Assembly (NCBI GenBank): GCA_044376115.1 | Contig: JBILLK010000022.1 | Location: 1 to 64,000 of the forward strand | Reading direction: 5' to 3' | DNA from: Polyangiaceae bacterium | GTDB lineage: Bacteria; Myxococcota_A; Polyangia; Polyangiales; Polyangiaceae | DNA: 64,000 nt | Part shown: positions 49,559-58,592 of the stretch, piece after piece | Position numbering within the stretch: position 1 is the first letter of the stretch | How the letters are laid out: every line of letters starts with the position of its first letter | Notes under the pieces: generated by a model | Told to the model about the DNA's origin: nothing | The model's database searches: none | The model's input: the letters and a program-made list of their open reading frames with translations, nothing else | Position numbers and translations under genes: made by a program

Positions 49559-50620
49559 ATGGTCGAGACCGAAGCACTGCTCGCCACCCTCTATGCCGCC
49601 CCGGGCGTGCGCGCGGGCGCGTATGAACTCGCGCTCGACGGACGACGCTTTCTCGTCGCTGTCGCCGAGATCGACTTTCAGTTTGCTGGCTTGGGTGACG
49701 CGCTCGAGCCAGTGATGCTCAACGCCGGCAACGACCAGCTGCGAGATCAAGGCGGCGGTGCGCTTCCACCGTACTTGCCCGAGGCGGAGGTGGGCATCGA
49801 TGGTCCGCGCGGAAAAACGCCGCTGCGGCTGCGCATGGGTCGCGGCACCTCCGCGCTGATCGACAAAGTTGGGCGGCACAAGGACTTCGCGATGAGCGCG
49901 CCGCTGTGGGGCAGCTTCCCGGCCATCTGCAAGAGTGGTCGGCTGCCCCTCACGCGGCTTCCCGCGCAGACGCCGTTCTCCGAGTTTCAGCGTGCGGCGA
50001 AGGATCAGCGCGTCGCTTGGCTCGCCGGCTGCGAGTGGTTCGAGCTCGACGGGGACTTCGGCAAGCTGCGGGGTCATTTGCCCAACGTCAACATGCGCTG
50101 TCTGATCGAGACGGCGGGCTTCGTTGGCGACCCGGAGCCGATGGAACCGATCCTGGCGCTCGACCGCGTGGTGATCTCACCGCACCGTCGCGCGCTCACC
50201 GTCTCCGGGCGCTGTCACGTGGAGCTCCGCGATCGCGGGACGCTGGAAGAGGCGCACTTGCGCTTTGCGCTCGCCTTGCGTGGCGCTGAGATCGAATGGC
50301 CCGAGTTCGGCCTACCGTCCAAACGAGCCTCGCTTGCGAGCCCAGCCGTGACCATCCCGCCGAAGCGGGTCGCCGAGACGCTCGTGCTCGAAGGCAACTC
50401 CGACACCGAACGAGCTCCGCTCAGCAGCGACTCGAGTGACCTTGATCGCACGCTCAAAGCCGATCTGCGGCTCGGTCGCGTGCCCAAACTCAACCGCGCC
50501 CACCCCCTGCCCTTCGCTGGCACCGCGGAGCGGCGCACCGACTCCCAGGCTCCCTGGGCGCGCCCGCCAGGGGGGCCGCTGGGTACCGACCCGTTGCCGC
50601 CGCCCGACCGTCCAGCTTGA
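49559..50620 (+). CDS. Divergent DUF2169-like protein
   Basis: FQRAAKDQ...LAGCEWFEL...LP and LALDRVVI...LTVSGR resemble the DUF2169 core; Pro-rich LPF tail. Confidence 0.5.
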   Translation: MVETEALLATLYAAPGVRAGAYELALDGRRFLVAVAEIDFQFAGLGDALEPVMLNAGNDQLRDQGGGALPPYLPEAEVGIDGPRGKTPLRLRMGRGTSALIDKVGRHKDFAMSAPLWGSFPAICKSGRLPLTRLPAQTPFSEFQRAAKDQRVAWLAGCEWFELDGDFGKLRGHLPNVNMRCLIETAGFVGDPEPMEPILALDRVVISPHRRALTVSGRCHVELRDRGTLEEAHLRFALALRGAEIEWPEFGLPSKRASLASPAVTIPPKRVAETLVLEGNSDTERAPLSSDSSDLDRTLKADLRLGRVPKLNRAHPLPFAGTAERRTDSQAPWARPPGGPLGTDPLPPPDRPA

Positions 50621-50668
50621 GCCACGCGCAGCTGGAGCGATCACGGCGTTCCGCGCTACAGTGCCGCC

Positions 50669-51367
50669 ATGATGAAGCTTCGCTTGGGTTGGCTGATGGG
50701 TGCGTTCACGCTCGTGGGTTGCGGCGGGAACGTGGTGTTCTCTGAGGATGGGGAGGGCGGAAACGGCGGGACCACCACCAACACGACCACCACGATCACC
50801 ACCAATCAGGGCGGAAGCTCTAGCAACAGCAATCCGGTCGGGCCGGATACGAGCGTGACCAACGTCACCACCGGCCCCAATTCAACCTGCGATGAGTTCT
50901 GCGCCAAGTTCGCCGATTGCGTCGAGGGCAGCTGCATCGATGACTGTTTTGGGCTTTACGCGCAAGGCTGTACGGCAGAGGCAGATCAGTACCTGCAGTG
51001 CCTGCTCGCCAACGCGGATTGTGACTTCGGCGGTGACGTCTGCCAGGCCGAGGTAGAGCAACTCTCGGAGTGTTTGAGCGGCAACAGCTGCTTTACCAAG
51101 GGCTGCAGCTCCGGCGGAAACGACTGCTTCTGCGACGGCAATTGCAACGGCAATCAGGTCAGCCAGTCCTGCTTCTCCGGCGGCCCAGAACCGGCTGGCC
51201 AAAGCGTTAGTGTTACCAGTGGAGGCGGTGGCGCGCCGCCTCCCCCCGGCGGCGGCTTCACCTGTGATTGCTTCATCAACAATGGGTACGTCGGCAGCTG
51301 CAACGGCTCGCCCGACCAAGTCTGCGGCGGCATCGAGCAGGGCTGCTGCGCGCAGATCTACTTCTGA
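50669..51367 (+). CDS. Cys-rich lipoprotein
   Basis: Lipobox LVGC, Thr/Gly linker, helical Cys domain, terminal GCC..F. Confidence 0.7.
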   Translation: MMKLRLGWLMGAFTLVGCGGNVVFSEDGEGGNGGTTTNTTTTITTNQGGSSSNSNPVGPDTSVTNVTTGPNSTCDEFCAKFADCVEGSCIDDCFGLYAQGCTAEADQYLQCLLANADCDFGGDVCQAEVEQLSECLSGNSCFTKGCSSGGNDCFCDGNCNGNQVSQSCFSGGPEPAGQSVSVTSGGGGAPPPPGGGFTCDCFINNGYVGSCNGSPDQVCGGIEQGCCAQIYF

Positions 51368-51373
51368 GCGCCG

Positions 51374-52117
51374 TTAGAACGCTGCACTAAAGGTGAGGCC
51401 CACGCGCGGCGCGGTGGGTGGGCTGAACCAAGCGTCTTCAATCGGGACCTCACCACCCTCCCCGCGCGGCACGCGGCGCGCACCTGCCGAGATCATCGGG
51501 ATGCCGGCGGAGAGTCCCACCGTCCCTCCGATGAGGCAGCCGAGCGAGGCCCAGCCGTAGGTGTCGTTGATCTCCCCTTCGACGCCTGAGATCGGCCAGC
51601 CGATCAACAGCGCAAGGCTCGCAACCAGCGACACGCCCCCGAGCACCGTGAGCACAGCTCCGCCGGCCACGAGACCAGGCTGCGTGGTGGTCAAACGATC
51701 GCGCTCGTCGGCCAAGAGCTCCTTGCGATCGCGCACCTCGTTATCGAGCCGCATCACCTCGTCGGCGTCGTCTTCGCGACGGGCGGCGCGCAGATCGGCC
51801 TGGGCCTCACGCAGCTCTTTGCTGAGTCGGCGCAAGTACGCGTCGATCTCGACCTCTGGAGCGTCCACCTCGGGTGGGCGCTCACTCGCGGCCTTCTTAC
51901 CCTTCTTGCGGGGCGGTGGCGGACTCTCCGCTTGCGCCGCGCGCTCGGCTTGCGCCGCTGTCTCGGCGTCCACCGTGGCGTTGTCCTCCACCGTGACCAC
52001 CATGCGTTTGCCCGACCGCTCCGACTCCTCGGCCTGGGCGTCTACCGTTGTCAATGAAGCGGCGCCGAGCGCAACGGTCAGCGCGACTCGCCGTAAGCAA
52101 AGTTGTCCCACCATCAT
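51374..52117 (-). CDS. Hypothetical exported/membrane protein
   Basis: Signal peptide, coiled coil, two hydrophobic segments, C-terminal F. Confidence 0.6.
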   Translation of the reverse strand: MMVGQLCLRRVALTVALGAASLTTVDAQAEESERSGKRMVVTVEDNATVDAETAAQAERAAQAESPPPPRKKGKKAASERPPEVDAPEVEIDAYLRRLSKELREAQADLRAARREDDADEVMRLDNEVRDRKELLADERDRLTTTQPGLVAGGAVLTVLGGVSLVASLALLIGWPISGVEGEINDTYGWASLGCLIGGTVGLSAGIPMISAGARRVPRGEGGEVPIEDAWFSPPTAPRVGLTFSAAF

Positions 52118-52179
52118 CGGCCGAGTCTCCCAGAAAGGGCCGACGCTGAATAGCCAGGGGCAGGATTGCAACACGGCAC

Positions 52180-53112
52180 ATGGCGTGCTCAGAGCCGGTC
52201 ATGCTTAAAGTCAAACCCAGCCGATGGGCGCGCGCGCTTCGATTCCCCCTCGCGAAGCGCGCGCTCGGGCCCGTAGGCTACGCAGCGCAGAACGCTGCGC
52301 ATGCGAAGACCGCGGCCCAGTCGCGAGCGAGCGACGTTCGCAGCCAGCGCCGATTTCGGGCTGTCGCGGCCATCGCGAGCCTGCTCGTCCTCTTGCCGAG
52401 TTCGCAGGCGCTCGCGGAGGACGATAGTCCGCTCGGCTTCGCTATCGCCGGCGCCATGTTTGCTGCGGTGGCCGCCGGGGATGCACCGCTCTTTTTCCTG
52501 CGTGAGTCCGACGCCCCGCTCGACCTTTCGATGCACGCCGGCGTCTCCGGCGAGCTCAACCAGTTCGCCCTGGCGGCGGCTGGTACGGGCCAGTTCAGCG
52601 TCGACGGGCCCTTCGGCTGGTCCACGAACGCTCGCTTCGACCTGCCGCTCGATCCCGACTTGGTGGGCTTTCAAGGCAAGCTTCGCGTCGATGTGGTGGG
52701 CAGCGCCGCGCTCTGGGAGTCGCCCGCGGACGGAGCTTCGATCGAGGCGCTGCTGGGCGCGACCACCTGGACTTCTCTCGAAGACCGCAACCGCGATGGC
52801 GAGACCGAGTGGCACGGCTCGCTGGGGCCGGCCGCTGGCGCTCGCGCGACCTTCGGAACGCCGCTCTTCTCGGCCGCACTCAGCGCGCTCTACGTTCCAC
52901 TCTTCGGTGAGCCGCCCAGTTTGCAGACGCATCATCTCGACCTCGCGAGCACCGTGTCCTTCTGCCCCGAACCGGACTCCGAGATCCCGCTCACCGCTTT
53001 GTTGACCGTCAAGCGCGAGGTCGGTTTCGCCGATGGACCGCTCTACCGCGGCACCGTCCTGCTGCTCGGCATCGAACTGCCGTTGGCCACTCCGCGGCGG
53101 CGGTCGCGTTAA
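52180..53112 (+). CDS. Hypothetical exported beta-rich protein
   Basis: Signal-like segment ending QALA followed by amphipathic beta-strands; true start probably downstream of 52180. Confidence 0.5.
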   Translation: MACSEPVMLKVKPSRWARALRFPLAKRALGPVGYAAQNAAHAKTAAQSRASDVRSQRRFRAVAAIASLLVLLPSSQALAEDDSPLGFAIAGAMFAAVAAGDAPLFFLRESDAPLDLSMHAGVSGELNQFALAAAGTGQFSVDGPFGWSTNARFDLPLDPDLVGFQGKLRVDVVGSAALWESPADGASIEALLGATTWTSLEDRNRDGETEWHGSLGPAAGARATFGTPLFSAALSALYVPLFGEPPSLQTHHLDLASTVSFCPEPDSEIPLTALLTVKREVGFADGPLYRGTVLLLGIELPLATPRRRSR

Positions 53113-53152
53113 GCGGCTCGCTCGAGCTGCGCCGATCTGGTACCAGCCAGCG

Positions 53153-53827
53153 ATGATCAAGTGCTCCTTCGCCCTGTTGCTGACCGCGGCAGCGGCGTGC
53201 GCCCCTTCAAGCCCACGCGCCGAGCTTGCGCCCGACCCCACGACGGAGGCCGCATCGCCGACCTCCAGCGCATCCACCAGCGCAGTGGCGACCCCACCGA
53301 CCGAAACGAGCAGCACCATCGCCGCGACGGCCACCCCAACCGCGACGGCTAGCGTCGAGCCGCCGAAGATGTGCACCAAGATCGGCTGTGCCAGCGAGCT
53401 CGTGCTACCGCTCGTGTGGGGCAAAGACACGCTCACCTCGAGCAAGTACACCTTCGAGCTGACGGTGGACGGCAAGAAGGGGCGCTGTGAAATCGTGTGG
53501 CCCTACAAATCCTGCAGCGACGTGCGCGCAGCGAAGTGTTCGGGCGAGGTCGCTTTTACGCTCGAGACCAGCTGCACCGGCGCAGCCAAATCCACGAGCG
53601 ATATGGTGATTGGGCCGCTGCGCCTGAGCGGCACCCCAGCGGCGGCGACGCTCAAGGTCTGGCGCGAGAAGATCATGTGGCATCAACAGGAGCTCACGCT
53701 CAACTACGCCGACCTTCGCCCCAACGGCGCAGCCTGCGAGCCGCTTTGCAAACAGGCCTCACGACGCATCTGCATCGGGAGCTGCGAGGCGAAGGATCTA
53801 GCCGCAGCACCGCCCGACGTGCCCTAG
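53153..53827 (+). CDS. Hypothetical lipoprotein
   Basis: Lipobox AAAC, S/T/P linker, CTKIGC...PNGAACEPLC. Confidence 0.7.
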   Translation: MIKCSFALLLTAAAACAPSSPRAELAPDPTTEAASPTSSASTSAVATPPTETSSTIAATATPTATASVEPPKMCTKIGCASELVLPLVWGKDTLTSSKYTFELTVDGKKGRCEIVWPYKSCSDVRAAKCSGEVAFTLETSCTGAAKSTSDMVIGPLRLSGTPAAATLKVWREKIMWHQQELTLNYADLRPNGAACEPLCKQASRRICIGSCEAKDLAAAPPDVP

Positions 53828-53885
53828 CTGCGGCGGAAGCGAGCAACGGCGCTTGAGGCGGCAGCGCCAGAGCAACGCGCGATCA

Positions 53886-54230
53886 CTAGGCCGACTGCAA
53901 CGCCCCATGGTCATCACAGTGACCGTCGTGGGGGTGGTGCAAATGGCCGGCGACCAGGTAGTCGACGTGGTCACCGTGAGGCACCGCTGCGTGTCCACAT
54001 CCCTCCGCGTGCACGTGCCCTTGCTCGTGGCCCGCGCAGCTGTGCGCTGGAGTGCATGCGGCCGGGTTGTCGGTACCGACCTCCACCTTGCACTCATCCA
54101 CGTGCCCGTCGTGCGCGTGATGAAGGTGCCCATCGTGGAGGTAGTCCACGTGGTCGCCGTGACGGACGGCGGGATGCCCGCAGTCGGGGCCGTGGACGTG
54201 ATCGTGGCTGGGATGGGTGTGATGGCTCAT
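53886..54230 (-). CDS. Small His/Cys-rich putative metal-binding protein
   Basis: 114 aa with 28 His and 6 Cys; two internal repeats HxHxxxCGHxAVxHGDHVDYLxxGHLHHxHDGHxD; GAGGAG RBS. Confidence 0.85.
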   Translation of the reverse strand: MSHHTHPSHDHVHGPDCGHPAVRHGDHVDYLHDGHLHHAHDGHVDECKVEVGTDNPAACTPAHSCAGHEQGHVHAEGCGHAAVPHGDHVDYLVAGHLHHPHDGHCDDHGALQSA

Positions 54231-54232
54231 GG

Positions 54233-54622
54233 TTATCTCCTCTTCGTGGTTGGGGACGGGGCAACCGGCGCCTCGTCAGCGTGTTCAAGTCCTGCGCGAA
54301 TCAGCTCACGCACGTGATCGTCCGCGAGCGAGTAAAAGATGTGTTTGCCTTCACGGCGCCGCTTCACCACGCGCTCGCTGTGCAGCACGCGTAACTGCTG
54401 CGACAGCGTCGAGAGCTTGGTGTCATTGGCGAGCGCCAGCTCAGAGACGCAACACTCCCCAGCGTCCAGCTGGTGGAGCAGCTTCAACCGAGCCATGTCC
54501 CCGGCGGCGCGGAAGAGCGCGGCAGCCCGCTCGAACGCGACCTCACTCACCTGCCAAGCCACAACCGGCCCCGCCGCATGGGGGTGCTCACAGTTAGGAG
54601 ACTTTTTGGGCGTTGAGTTCAT
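54233..54622 (-). CDS. ArsR/SmtB-family metal-sensing repressor (SmtB/ZiaR-like)
   Basis: RLKLL...CCVSELA...LSQQLRVL...REGKHIFYSL; alpha5 site DxHx10Hx2E (DDHVRELIRAGLEHADE); N-terminal CEHPH. Confidence 0.92.
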   Translation of the reverse strand: MNSTPKKSPNCEHPHAAGPVVAWQVSEVAFERAAALFRAAGDMARLKLLHQLDAGECCVSELALANDTKLSTLSQQLRVLHSERVVKRRREGKHIFYSLADDHVRELIRAGLEHADEAPVAPSPTTKRR

Positions 54623-54625
54623 CTA

Positions 54626-54641
54626 TTCAACAGTCGTTGAA
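54626..54641. promoter_or_regulatory. ArsR/SmtB operator inverted repeat
   Basis: TTCAAC-AGTC-GTTGAA, separated by 3 bp from the repressor ATG. Confidence 0.7.
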
Positions 54642-55348
54642 GTGTAGGAACAAACGCTGGGCTCGGCAAGCGTCAAAGCAAAGCCATCAGCTCAACGTTC
54701 GTGGTTGGGGTCCGGAGCAAGACCGAGTCGTGCGGTCGAAGGCGGCAGAACAACGGCTGGCGCCCGCTTCAAAGCGTCGGGTGAACGACCACTACGCTCG
54801 GACAGCGCTGGGCACTCGACGAAGGTGACCTGCTCGGGCAGCCGTTCACAAGCAACCACGTGAACGCCCCCAGCGAGGCCGATGGTGCCGATTCCAGGAG
54901 GAGCGCTGGTTTCCTCAACGTGGATGAAAGCCCGCGGCGGCCGTGCTCGAGGACTGCAGACGACCACCGAACGCACGCGGATCAACGCTGCACGCCGACT
55001 GCTTCGGCCTAGCGAAACGGCGCAAATCGAGAACCGGTCGAGGTCGAGGGCAAACTCCCCTGCGTCCGGACCCAACCAGGCGTGAAGCTCCGGCTTCGAC
55101 AGAAGGCGGCGCATCCGCTGGGTTGGGCCGGCGCTCACCGAATGCAGCAGCGTTACCAGGGGAAGGCTCCGGGTGAGGACGAAGTCGGGACGCATACGCG
55201 AGCAGCTTCTAGCACATGCAACCGAGTTGCATCTATCAACCTACGCAGCTGCGCCTGTGCTAGCGCAGAGGCTCATCGAGCGCCGAACTCGCGCCCAACG
55301 CCGCATTTATCGCAGCGGCAAGCAACATTGCTGCTAAGTCGGCGGCCC

Positions 55349-57054
55349 ATGCCCGTCCTTACCGCCCGCGCGATCACCAAGGCCTACGGCCTTCGGCCGT
55401 TGTTCAACGAAGCGACCTTCACCATTCGGCGCGGGGAGAAGGCAGCGTTGCTCGGGCCCAACGGCACCGGCAAATCGACGCTGTTGCGCGTGCTGGCCGG
55501 GCTCGAGCCGATGGACGGCGGCAGCATCGAGCGGCGACGCGACGCGACCATCCTTTATCTGCCGCAAGAACCGGTGCTCGATCCGGCGCGCTCCCCGCGC
55601 GAGATCGCCCGCGAAGGGCTGGCGGCCTGGCATGCGGTGAAGGAACGTTACGACGCGATCTCCGCGCGCCTCGAGCAAGGCGAATACGACGATGCGCTGC
55701 TCAGCGAGCATGCCTCGCTGGGCGAGGACATCGAGCGGCTGGGCGGTTGGACGCGCGACCATGAGGTGGACGAGGTGCTCGCGCACTTGGGCATCCGTGA
55801 CGTCGAGCGGCCGGTGGGCACGATGAGCGGCGGCGAGAAGCGGCGCGTCGCGCTGGCGCGCATCTTGGTCGCCAAGCCCGACATGGCGATCTTCGACGAG
55901 CCGACCAACCATCTCGATGCCGACACCATCAGCTGGCTGGAGGGCTACCTGGCCGATGAGTTTCCCGGCGCCGTGCTGCTCGTCACCCACGACCGTTACT
56001 TGCTCGATGCGGTGGCCACGCGCGTGCTCGATCTCGAGGACGGGCGCGTGGTCGAGTACACAAAGCGCAACGACAGCGTCGGCACCTTCGAGGATTTTTT
56101 GGAGCAGAAGGCCGAACAATATGCGCACGCCGAGCGCGTCGAGTCGAACCGGCTGAGCTTCGTCAAGAAGGAGATCGAGTGGCTGCGCCGCGGTCCGAAG
56201 GCGCGCTCGACCAAGCAGAAGGCGCGCATCCAGCGTGCCGAGGCGGCCATCTCCGCCGAGGGCCTGCGCACCCGCGGCGAGGTCGAACTGGTCGGGCTGG
56301 AGGCGGGCTCTTCGCGTTTGGGTGGGACCATCCTCGAGCTGCTCAACGTCAGCTTGGAGCTCGGTGGGCGTCGCCTCGTGGACGACTTCACGCTGCGGCT
56401 GGTGAAGGGCAATCGCGTGGGCATCGTCGGGCCGAACGGCATCGGCAAGACCACCTTGTTGCGTTTGGTCACCGGCGAGCTCGAACCGACCAGCGGCAAG
56501 GTCGTGCGCGGCGTGCAGACCAAGTTCGCCTACTTCGATCAGGCGCGCACCACGCTGCGCGACGACTGGACGGTGCTCGACACGTTTGTGAGCGCGAGCA
56601 CTCCGACAAGGTCGGCGCAGGCTCGGTCACCATCGGCGACAAGCAGATGGAGATGCGCGCTTACCTCGAGCTGTTCTTGTTCGAAGGTGCAGCGCTGCGT
56701 CGGCGGGTTTCGGCGCTCTCCGGCGGAGAGCGAGCCCGCGTCGCGCTGGCGTTGGCGCTCAAGACCGGCGCCAACGTGCTCCTGCTCGACGAGCCCACCA
56801 ACGACCTCGACATCGCTACCCTGGGCTCCCTGGCCGAGCTGATCGAGGGCTGGCCCGGCTGCGTGCTGGTCGTCTCCCACGATCGCTACTTCCTCGATCG
56901 CGTGGTCACGTCGATCCTGGCCTTCGAGCAGGATGGCCACATCACCCAGTACGCCGGCAACTGGGACAACTACTGCTTGCAGAAGCGCGCCCGAGAGCAA
57001 GACGCCAAACGCGAACGCACACAAAGTGAGCGGCCGCGTCTCGGCCTGCGTTGA
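55349..57054 (+). pseudogene. uup: ABC-F family ATPase (Uup-like), frameshifted near 56582
   Basis: Two ABC domains: GPNGTGKS/MSGGE/DEPTNH and GPNGIGKT/LSGGE/DEPTND. The second is split across frames; adding one A (GAC-AAC-GTT) restores LDNVCE. Confidence 0.8.
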
Positions 57055-57179
57055 GCGGAGTTCGATGATCCACTGGAAGGCGTTGGGGGCCTATCGGCGT
57101 TGCTGATCCACCCCGGCCCAAAAGAGCGATAGCCTGCGCGCAGTTCGCGTCCGGCGCCCCTCTCCTCGAAGGATCTTCC

Positions 57180-58544
57180 ATGCGCACGCTCAAGCTCTTC
57201 ACCGTCTGCCTCGCTCTTGTCGTTGCACCGGCTTGCGTAAAGACCAAGGTCACCACCAAGACCGCAAGCGGCGCAGAGGCGGCCGACGTTCCGACGTCGA
57301 AGTTGGGCCACTACGCCACCCCCGACGGCTTCATTGGCTTCACCTTGGATCGCACCGGAGAGGTACCCAAGTTCCAGCTCGACAACACCACCGCTGTGGT
57401 GGCGCTGTTTGTCGAAGAAGCGCTCGATCGCGGCGACCACGTTGGCCACTTCCTCAACGGGCCTGACGGCCGGGCATGGCTCTTCATCAGCATGGCGGGT
57501 GACTTCTTTTTCATCAGCGCCGAAAAGCGCGAGGAGCTGGCAGCAAGCGACGTGGAGAACGTGGGCGTGCGCGTCACCCGGGATGGCGGGGCGACCCCGT
57601 TGGAGGCCGCGACCCAAAAGGGAATTGCCACGCTGCCGCCCCTGAAAACTACCTTCGATCTGGCCAGCGAGAAGCTGCGCGAGCTGAGCGTCACCACCAA
57701 GTTTCCGCAGTTCAAGAAGGAGGACTCGGGCAATCTGGCCAAGCTCGAAGAGCTGTGGCCGCTACTCGACGCGAGCATGGTTGTGCGTGTTTCGGCCAAG
57801 GGTGCTGAGTCTGCGCGCTGGTCTCCGGCCTCGCCGTACATTGGGGACACACTGCATGGCTTTGGCGGTGATGTCGGCGCTTTCCCCTCCGAGACAGCCT
57901 GGGACAAGAACGCCAAAGGCCTCGCTGGGCACGGTGGTTTGCTCGATGTGGACGTCCGCTACGGCTCGCCCAGTCGGCTGCGTCTGCATGGTCAGAAAGG
58001 CTGGCCGACGCCTCTCGCCGCCGGTACGCCCGGTGTGATTTGGATGACCGATAGCACCACGATCGTGTTCGTCAGCCTCGATGGCGGTCGCTACCATCTG
58101 ACGCTGAACAGCGCACCCGACAAAGACGGCCTGCCGATTGAGTTCAATGCGGGATCACCCGGCAGCTGGCCAGCGCCGCTGCAACACACCTTGGTGGACG
58201 TGAACGCCGTCCGCGGCTTCGCCACGGGCGGTGCAGTGTCGGCGAAGGTCGGTAGTGACGTGGAGGCCTTGGACGACGCTTGGTGGGCGTGTGTGAACAC
58301 GGTTTGGGAGGCGGGTGTCAAAGAAGAAGATGCCATCCGCGCAGGAGCAGGCGGACTCGACGCCAAGCAGGGCAAGTTGAGCGCCATCCCCAAGCGCTAC
58401 GAAGAGAAGGCCAAGAAGGATTGCGCGCCCAACCAGAAGAAGCTGGAAGAGGGGCTCGTGGCCTTCATCGAGCAGCGGAGCAAAGAGCGAGCCGCGCTCT
58501 ACGAGAAGGCCAAGCTGAAGGTCGCGTCGCTGGGCGTGAAGTAA
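57180..58544 (+). CDS. Hypothetical lipoprotein
   Basis: 454-aa ORF with GC3-rich codons and lipobox APAC. Confidence 0.75.
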   Translation: MRTLKLFTVCLALVVAPACVKTKVTTKTASGAEAADVPTSKLGHYATPDGFIGFTLDRTGEVPKFQLDNTTAVVALFVEEALDRGDHVGHFLNGPDGRAWLFISMAGDFFFISAEKREELAASDVENVGVRVTRDGGATPLEAATQKGIATLPPLKTTFDLASEKLRELSVTTKFPQFKKEDSGNLAKLEELWPLLDASMVVRVSAKGAESARWSPASPYIGDTLHGFGGDVGAFPSETAWDKNAKGLAGHGGLLDVDVRYGSPSRLRLHGQKGWPTPLAAGTPGVIWMTDSTTIVFVSLDGGRYHLTLNSAPDKDGLPIEFNAGSPGSWPAPLQHTLVDVNAVRGFATGGAVSAKVGSDVEALDDAWWACVNTVWEAGVKEEDAIRAGAGGLDAKQGKLSAIPKRYEEKAKKDCAPNQKKLEEGLVAFIEQRSKERAALYEKAKLKVASLGVK

Positions 58545-58592
58545 CGAGGCCAGGGCTCGCTACGGCGCAGCATCGTAGTATCCTGGGTCGCA

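Noticed and set aside
54692..55195. 167-aa minus-strand ORF
   Set aside because: No recognisable motif or clear RBS, and its 3' end runs through an inverted repeat. It could be a remnant but cannot be supported.
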